From NCBI GenBank assembly GCA_963806185.1, contig CAWDXE010000007.1, forward strand, positions 832,001-896,000: a DNA stretch of 64,000 nucleotides, in the 5' to 3' direction. Shown here one piece after another: positions 55,520-64,000 of the stretch. Origin of the DNA: an uncultured candidate division Zixibacteria bacterium. Lineage in GTDB: Bacteria > Zixibacteria > MSB-5A5 > GN15 > FEB-12. The notes below the pieces were generated by a model, which was not told where the DNA came from, searched no databases, and worked only from the letters and a program-made list of their open reading frames with translations. The translations under genes were made by a program, and so were the position numbers. Every line of letters begins with the position of its first letter. The first letter of the stretch is position 1.

Positions 55520-55755
55520 GGTTCTATGGTGTGACTGTCCTTTCATTTGAGAGCCTACGTGGGCAATCAGGTCGGGAGGCATCTGAACAGCTTGCGCAGT
55601 CCAGTGCCAACGCCACCCGGCCTGACGCCACGCCACCTAAATTATGCGGGGCGCCCCAGCAGTGGGACGGACAGAGACGAATCAAGCGCTTGATTTACGA
55701 TGGTCTCTATATAAAGGGCCCCGGTTCCACATTTTGTAGCGAAGTGCTACAACGG
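55520..55755 (-). ncRNA. Candidate structured RNA with three stem-loops
   Basis: Stems at 55734-55752, 55647-55723 and 55558-55632. A GCAA tetraloop favours the minus strand. No credible ORF. Confidence 0.4.
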
Positions 55756-55869
55756 TAGCGCAGGAGGATTGCAGGATCACACGAGTGGAAGAAAAGGGGT
55801 TAAGAGAAAAGTGTGCAAGGGGAGGGGGGATTTGGGATGTTCGAAAAGGGAAATGGGGTACGCGGAGAT

Positions 55870-56160
55870 GGGCTGGCGCACGGGACGTACGGCAACCGAC
55901 GGGTGGTTCGCCAATGTCATACCCGCGAAAGCGGGTATCCAGAGAGAGGTCCTTCACACAACCCAGGCTTCGACTCCGCTCACAGATGTCATCTGTCCGC
56001 CTGACGCGTCCGGCACCGCAATGGTGGCGCGATGATGGTCAACCATCGGAAGACGAGAGGTTTGAGATTGCCACGGCGCGAAGCGCGCCTCGCAATGACA
56101 GAAGAGGGGAAGCGCGCCTCGCAATGACGGAGAGGAGGAAGCGCGCCTCGCAATGTGAAA
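55870..56160. repeat. REP-like cluster
   Basis: ggctggcgcacgggacgtac, gtcatacccgcgaaagcgggtatcc, cttcgactccgctca, and three gaagcgcgcctcgcaatg. Confidence 0.78.
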
Positions 56161-56322
56161 TGTCGGGGTGGACTTGATAGTATGGGAAGTGATAGCCATT
56201 GAATAATGAGCCCGCCGGAACGGCGGGCTACGGCCCCGTCGATCAGAAGGTGTTACGCCGTCCGAATTGTAATTGAGTATTTAGGTCCATCTTTGTATAA
56301 TCACAGAAAGGAGATACACACA

Positions 56323-56776
56323 ATGGCAACAAAGAAAACATCCAAGTCACCCAAAACTACGATCAGCTACACGACCTCCAACGTCTTCAAGGCCCCCCTG
56401 GCGAAAGTCTGGGACGCCGTGGTCCTGTCCAAACACCTCAAGAAGCATTTCATCGATGGTATGGAAGGTGAGTTCGGCCCCAAATTGACGCCAGTAACCT
56501 GGATATGGAAGCAAGTATGGCAGTGGGACGATGACAGTGCTCAAGTATGTCAAACACAAAGAGATCGTCTTTCGCTCGCCGTCGTGGGGCGGAAAGTACG
56601 AGGTGACGGTTCGCTTCGAGTTTGTTCGCAAGGACGGCAAGACGATTTTCCGCGTTCACGACAGCGGCTACCCGAAGAAGGATTTGCAGGCGGCGTTCAT
56701 GATGTGTGAAGGGTGGAGCGAGTTTCACACGGGCGTGAAGGCGTATCTGGCGGGGAAGGATTTGAGGAAGTATTGA
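56323..56776 (+). CDS. SRPBCC/AHSA1-like protein (frameshift near 56515)
   Basis: FKAPLAKVWDAV..LKKHF, then VTVRFE..TIFRVHDSGY..CEGW..VKAYL. Strong RBS. Confidence 0.8.
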
Positions 56777-56970
56777 GGGGGTAGGGGGGAGGAGGACACG
56801 ACGAGTATTGGGAGCAGCGTTGTGATTAGATTACCTGTTCTCCACGATTTTGGAAGTCGACTCCGACACACTTGAAGATAGGGTTGCTTTCATCAGGCTT
56901 GGAGCAACAAGAGAGAATGGTCAAGATTGGGAGATTTCCTCCATGGCAGAAGTCGATTCAGTAATGCCGA

Positions 56971-57225
56971 CTATGACCCGGCACACGCCAGTGCTACAGA
57001 ATCGTTCGTGACGAGGAAATAACGTCTATATCCTTTGCTCCGTGCCCGCAGTCGCACTTGAAAAGGCAAGAGTGGCTCGTTATCTTTCTTACGAGAGTAC
57101 AAGCCCTTTCGATTGATAGACCGAGCTACTTCGTCAAACGCCATCGGGCCTCCGTTCGCTTCCTCTATCAGAATTATAAAAATGGCACGATGCAACGTCA
57201 CAGTATTCGTGGGTTTGGCTGACAT
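56971..57225 (-). CDS. Small winged-helix (HARE-HTH-like) protein
   Basis: TLHRAI..IL..PM...EVA..IN.KGLY..K......QV..RAR...Y..YF pattern. Confidence 0.65.
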   Translation of the reverse strand: MSAKPTNTVTLHRAIFIILIEEANGGPMAFDEVARSINRKGLYSRKKDNEPLLPFQVRLRARSKGYRRYFLVTNDSVALACAGS

Positions 57226-57268
57226 AGGAATCCTCGTGGGCTCGCGGAGTTAGTCATCTTTTCTGACC

Positions 57269-57878
57269 CTAATCATTAACCAGGCCCAATGTAATCTTGT
57301 TGATTAACCCAAATTCAGGATATATTTCCATATAGTCGAATTGAGCCCAGCTAATCTCTTCCCCAAATTGTCCGATGATAGATATTCTCTGATATGGGGT
57401 TTTCAATTGGGCTATCTCATTCTCGAGCCATTGGCTGTTTACTTCACCAACTCGATCGACAAGAATGACTAGTTGTAAGGAGCTGTCCCCTTGGATCAAG
57501 GATTTTCGCCGAATGAGCGAGACCAATAGATCAGAAGGATCACCATCTCCATGCTCCGTTAGACGCGTTACTTGAATGGGACTATCGTGATCTGGAGATA
57601 TAATCCACAAATCGGCGCTCGAATCATCTAGTATCTCATGACTTTCCATTAGTTCAGCCAAAGAAGGTCTCGGAATTTCTGACCTTGGACTGAAACTGCC
57701 ACGGACTATTAGCCCGACGTCTGGAATGAAGCCAGTAACCTCCAAGGCGCACTTCGAGAATGCAGCCAGTGAGTAATTCGATGCCGCGCTTTGTCCGTAG
57801 GCGATCACTGTCCTCGTTGAAATATTCTTCAATCTCCCCAACGGAATAACACGCTATCCGCTTTTCTCTTAACCACAT
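57269..57878 (-). CDS. AT-rich hypothetical protein, possibly frameshifted and nuclease-like
   Basis: Overlapping ORFs 57269-57841 and 57654-58067; low GC; start uncertain. Confidence 0.5.
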
Positions 57879-57931
57879 TACGCGAATCCTATCAAAATCC
57901 ACAATGGTCGAGGTACATTTGTGAGAGTGAA

Positions 57932-58003
57932 TACCCCCGATAGGAATCGAACCTATATTACCAGCTCCGGAGGCTGGTGCGTTATCCATTACACCACGGG
58001 GGC
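57932..58003 (-). tRNA. tRNA-Arg(CCG)
   Basis: Acceptor GCCCCCG/CGGGGGT, anticodon arm CCAGC-CTCCGGA-GCTGG, T-loop GGTTCGATTCC. CCA is not encoded. Confidence 0.95.
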
Positions 58004-58077
58004 AATCGATTGGCAAGGCTTTGGACGCCTCGGTGGGGATATAACGCAAAAGGCAGCGCGAGGTCAATAGGATTCTG

Positions 58078-58526
58078 GGGGGTTGGACCCCATGGATTCT
58101 GGACCGTTGGTCCAGAATGACAAGGGGGGAGTTTCGTTGACACTGAGATTCCGAAGCGCGCTAAGAAGCGGCCTCGGAATGACAATGCGGGGGTTGGACC
58201 CCATGGATTCTGGACCGTTGGTCCAGAATGACAAGGGGGGAGTTTCGTTGACACTGAGATTCCGAAGCGCGCTAAGAAGCGGCCTCGGAATGACAATGCG
58301 GGGGTTGGACCCCATGGATTCTGGACCGTTGGTCCAGAATGACAAGGGGGAAGTTTTGTTGACACTGAGATTCCGAAGCGCGCTAAGAAGCGGCCTCGGA
58401 ATGACAATGCGGGGGTTGGGTCCCATGGATTCTGGACCGTTGGTCCAGAATGACAATGGGGAGGATTTGTTGACACTGAGATTCCGAAGCACGCTAAGAA
58501 GCGGCTTCGGAATGACAATGCGGGGG
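58078..58526. repeat. Four tandem 111-bp units, each holding two different palindromes (BIME-like)
   Basis: Equivalent positions at 58083, 58194, 58305, 58416 and 58527; units nearly identical. Confidence 0.95.
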
Positions 58527-58723
58527 ATGGGACTCGCTCAAGGCGGGGGTGACATTGGGCAGAGGAGACAGTTAACCGGAAAACTGCTTGCTTCTGACCG
58601 CCAAAACGGTAAGTTTACCGTCTTACGTCATCAGCCGGGCGACCGGCGAAATGTCGAAGTAAGCAGAACCTCAGCAAGGACTTAGATCGACCCCGCCGTC
58701 GATCAACACAAGGGACCAAGACA

Positions 58724-60532
<1,809 letters not shown>

Positions 60533-60541
60533 TGAAGGACA

Positions 60542-60990
60542 ATGGCTCTAGAGACAAAAGATCAAGTTCGGGAACTTGTTGGAATTGCCGCTCTCGCACG
60601 AGGGGTTTGAGTTGGCGGATATCGTGTTATCGCGATACCGGACTCAGGTGACCCTGCGGCTGTTTGTGTACGGCAAGAATGGGGTGACGCTGGCCGACTG
60701 TGCGCCATTTGTCGCACGTGGTCGGGAACTTAATTGACGGAACGGACCTTTTTCAGAAGGGATACACCCTTGAGGTGTCCTCTCCCGGTCTCGACCGACC
60801 GCTCAAGACCGCCCGCGATTTCGCGTATCGCATCGGTGAGACGGTGACGGTTCAGTTCGTTGATCCCAAGCGCAAGAAGCTGACCGCCAAGTTGGTCGAG
60901 GTGTCAGGGAGCAGTGTGGAGCTGTCGGACAAGGATCAGACAGTGATGCTCGATCTGGCGGAGATCGTACAGGCGAAAATAGTTATTTAA
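60542..60990 (+). CDS. rimP: Ribosome maturation factor RimP (frameshifted)
   Basis: LRLFV..GVTLADC and YTLEVSSPGLDRPL; position before nusA. Confidence 0.9.
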
Positions 60991-61005
60991 GGGAGTGAGC
61001 AGGAA

Positions 61006-62484
61006 ATGCCGTTCGACATGATGGAAGCCATGACGATGATTGCTCGAGAGAAGAACATCGACTTCGATGAAGTCGTGGAGACGCTCGAGACCAGTCTTCT
61101 GGCGGCCGCGAAGAAGAAGTATCCGAATACCGACAACATCTCGTTCAAGTTCGACAAAAAGAACAACGAGTTGTTCATGATCGCGACGAAAAAGGTGGTG
61201 GAATCGGTGACGGATCCGACGGCGGAGATCGGCGTTGCCGAGGCCAAGGAAATCGACAAGACGTCGGCCATCGGTGACGATCTGGAAATCTATCTTGATT
61301 ACGAGAAGGAATTCGGGCGCAACGCGATCGCGTCGGCCAAGCAGATTCTGATCCAGAAGATTCGCGAGGCGGAACACGAGCGGATCTACGCCGAGTTTAT
61401 CGACAAGGTGGGGACGCTGGTGTCGGGTGTCGTGCAGCAGATCGACAAGGGGAATGTGATTGTCAATCTGGGGCGGGGCGAGGGAGTGCTGCCGGTGAAG
61501 GAGCAGATTCCGCGCGAGAAATTCCGTCAGGGCGACCGGGTGCGGGCGTTCATTGCCGACGTGCAGAAGACGCCGCGCGGCCCGCAGATTACGCTGTCGC
61601 GCGTGAACAACGATTTCCTCAAGGCGCTGTTTGCGATCGAAGTGCCGGAGATTTACGAGAAAATCATCGAGATCAAGGCGATTGCCCGCGAGCCCGGGGA
61701 ACGGGCGAAGATTGCCGTGTATTCGTCGGATGAGCGGATCGATCCGGTGGGCGCGTGCGTGGGAATCAAGGGCGTGCGCGTGCAGTCGATCGTACGTGAG
61801 TTAAACAACGAGCGGATCGATATCGTGCCGTATTCAGGCAATTCGGAATTGTTCGTGACGCGGGCGCTGGCGCCGGCCAAGGTCGTCAAGATCGAGGCGT
61901 CCGACGACGAGCCGAAGATGACCGTGATGGTCGAAGACGACAAGCTGTCGCTGGCGATCGGCCGCAACGGCCAGAATGCGCGGTTGGCGTCGAAGCTGAC
62001 CGGCTGGAAAGTCAATATTCTCTCAGAGACGGAATACAACGACCAGAAGCGTCGTGAGGCAGAGATGCTGATGCCGGTAGGTCAGTTGGAAGGGGTGGGC
62101 GCGAAGCTTCGCGACCGCCTGACCGCGGCGGACATCACGACGGTGCAGAAGCTGGCCCAGGCCTCGGTGGAGACGCTGGTCAAGATCGAAGGAGTCGGTG
62201 AGAAGACGGCCGAGACGCTGATCGAACGGGCCAGGGCGACCGTGGTGGAGTTGGAAGCGCAGCAAAAAGTGCGCGAACAGCAGCGTAAAACGGATGCGGT
62301 GAATGACGCCGAGCCGGACAAACTTACCGCGGCTGATATTTTTGAGACGGAGAAGGAATTTGTCGGCGACGGTGAAGATATTCCGGAAGTCGGGAAGCCG
62401 GACGGCGCTGACGAAATTGAAGGTGACGATGATGATGTTGCCGAGGGTCCGGAAGCAGAAGAGGGCGAGGACGCTCGCAAATAA
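61006..62484 (+). CDS. nusA: Transcription factor NusA
   Basis: FGRNAI..AKQ, AREPGERAKIAV, DPVGACVG, LAIGRNGQNARLA. Confidence 0.97.
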   Translation: MPFDMMEAMTMIAREKNIDFDEVVETLETSLLAAAKKKYPNTDNISFKFDKKNNELFMIATKKVVESVTDPTAEIGVAEAKEIDKTSAIGDDLEIYLDYEKEFGRNAIASAKQILIQKIREAEHERIYAEFIDKVGTLVSGVVQQIDKGNVIVNLGRGEGVLPVKEQIPREKFRQGDRVRAFIADVQKTPRGPQITLSRVNNDFLKALFAIEVPEIYEKIIEIKAIAREPGERAKIAVYSSDERIDPVGACVGIKGVRVQSIVRELNNERIDIVPYSGNSELFVTRALAPAKVVKIEASDDEPKMTVMVEDDKLSLAIGRNGQNARLASKLTGWKVNILSETEYNDQKRREAEMLMPVGQLEGVGAKLRDRLTAADITTVQKLAQASVETLVKIEGVGEKTAETLIERARATVVELEAQQKVREQQRKTDAVNDAEPDKLTAADIFETEKEFVGDGEDIPEVGKPDGADEIEGDDDDVAEGPEAEEGEDARK

Positions 62485-62535
62485 TCATACGCGCCGCGCC
62501 CTAGTGCGCGCGAGCCGTAAAGGAGGTGATCGCTG

Positions 62536-64000
62536 ATGGCAGGAAAGCCGAAAAGACTCTACGAGATAGCGAAGGAATTCAAGATTTCATCGCAGGCGAT
62601 CATGGCGGTTTTGGCGGAACAGAATTTCCATCCGAAGTCGCACATGTCGCTGGCGACGCCGGAGATGATTGCGGCGGTCAACATGAAGATAGCGCGCGAC
62701 CGTCAGGCTGCAAAGCTGCAGATGGAGCAGAAACAGCAACAGCAGCAACAGCAAGCGCAGCAGCAACGCCAACGTGCCCAGCAGAGCGGCCAGCAGCAAG
62801 GCGGCGGATATCGCGGTCCGCAGGGCGGACAACAAGGCGGCGGATACCGTGGTCCGCAGGGCGGACAGCAGGGCGGCGGATACCGTGGTCCGCAGGGCGG
62901 ACAGCAGGGCGGTGGGTATCGTGGGCCGCAACAACAGCAGCCTCCTCGCACTCCGGCGGCCGGGACAGTCCCGGGCCAGCCGTTGCCGACCGGCGGCACG
63001 ACATTCGGCGGCTTCAAGGTCTCCGGACCGTCTACCATGGTGGCGGGCGTCGTACGCAAGCTGGAAAAGAAGAAAAAGAAGAAGGACCGTCGCAAGAAAA
63101 AGGACCGTCGCGATATCGATCTGGATCAGGTGCAGAAGCAATTCAAGACGACGATGGCCAATCTCGGTTCGGCCAAGTTGCCGACAAAAAAGCGGGTCAA
63201 GCGACATCCGGGCGAAGCGGCAACGGCCGAGGAAGAAGCCACAAATACTATCCAGGTCAACGAATTTATTTCGGTGTCTGAGCTCTCAAAGTTGATGGGG
63301 GTGAAGGCGGTTGAAGTCATCGCGAAGCTGTTCGAGATGGGTATGATGGCGACGATCAACCAGCGTCTGGACATGGACACGATTCAGACGGTGGCGGGCG
63401 AATTCGGGTTTGACGCTCAACAGGCGGCCGAAGTGGGCGAAGTGGCACGCCAGGAGGAGCACGTTGAAGAGCGGGTTACGCGCGCACCGGTCGTCACGAT
63501 CATGGGGCATGTCGATCACGGCAAGACGTCGCTGCTCGATTACATTCGCAAATCAAATGTGGTGGGCGGCGAAGCGGGCGCCATCACGCAGCATATCGGG
63601 GCCTATGACGTGGTTCACAAGGGTGACCGCGTTGTGTTTCTGGATACGCCGGGCCACGAGGCATTCACCGCGATGCGCGCACGCGGGACGCAGTTGACGG
63701 ATATCGTCATTCTGGTGGTCGCGGCCGACGAAGGAGTGATGCCGCAGACGGTGGAGGCGATCGATCACGCTCGCGCGGCCAATGTACCGATAGTTGTCGC
63801 CGATGTCCAAGATTGACAAGCCGGGCGCGCGGGCGGATGAAGTGCGCACGCAATTGTCGAAGCACAACCTGCTGCCCGAGGAATGGGGCGGCAAGACGAT
63901 TGTGGTGGAGATTTCGGCCAAGTCGGGACTGGGTGTGGACAAGCTGCTGGATATGATACTCCTGCAGGCGCAGATGATGGATCTGAAGGCGGATCCGACG
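62536..64000 (+). CDS. infB: Translation initiation factor IF-2, 3'-truncated, frameshift near 63808
   Basis: [58 protein letters not shown] continues in another frame. Confidence 0.97.
62788..62931 (+). repeat. Four 36-nt coding repeats ([12 protein letters not shown]) within IF-2
   Basis: Visible in DNA and protein; synonymous differences between copies. Confidence 0.9.

Noticed and set aside
58078..58526. CRISPR array
   Set aside because: The intervening sequences are near-identical rather than unique spacers, the unit is 111 bp, and no cas genes are in the window.
57982..58685. 37-aa repeat proteins on both strands
   Set aside because: By-products of a DNA repeat whose length is a multiple of three; no RBS support; one overlaps the tRNA.
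58560..58723. T-box leader for proS
   Set aside because: No GGTGGNACCGCG T-box motif or terminator.

Overview
A GC-rich, gene-dense bacterial chromosomal segment. It probably comes from a Zixibacteria-like member of the FCB superphylum; this is inferred from the Cys-rich dockerin motif, the FlgD/Por-type C-terminal sorting domain and the tandem GWxTD genes. Most of it is housekeeping: ABC-2 transporter, PbpG-like peptidase, MrfA/SftH-type helicase, deoCB, ECF sigma/anti-sigma, MFS, tRNA-Ala, pepA, PFOR, dcd, Rrf2, cobO, trxB, Yip1-TolC-MacAB-GWxTD cluster, gdhA, wbpB-like oxidoreductase, lysF-prpD, tRNA-Arg, proS, rimP-nusA-infB. About ten genes carry single-base frameshifts, including essential proS and infB, so these are read as long-read indel errors, not pseudogenes. 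The best leads are: (1) a 1059-aa GAF-like/PPDK ATP-grasp/nucleotidyltransferase protein next to glutamate dehydrogenase, whose gene has a structured 5' leader; (2) a fungal-type homoaconitase paired with PrpD and an atypical HD protein; (3) an orphan three-stem-loop RNA-like element in a REP-rich spacer, resembling an IS110 bridge RNA in layout; (4) a convergent cohesin/dockerin gene pair; (5) a TIR protein with a ubiquitin-like tail; (6) a probably inactive archaemetzincin in a helicase/deo operon; (7) many palindromic REP-like repeats, including a 4 x 111-bp BIME-like array. No CRISPR array, integrase or intact transposase was seen. All family calls come from motif recognition, not database searches.
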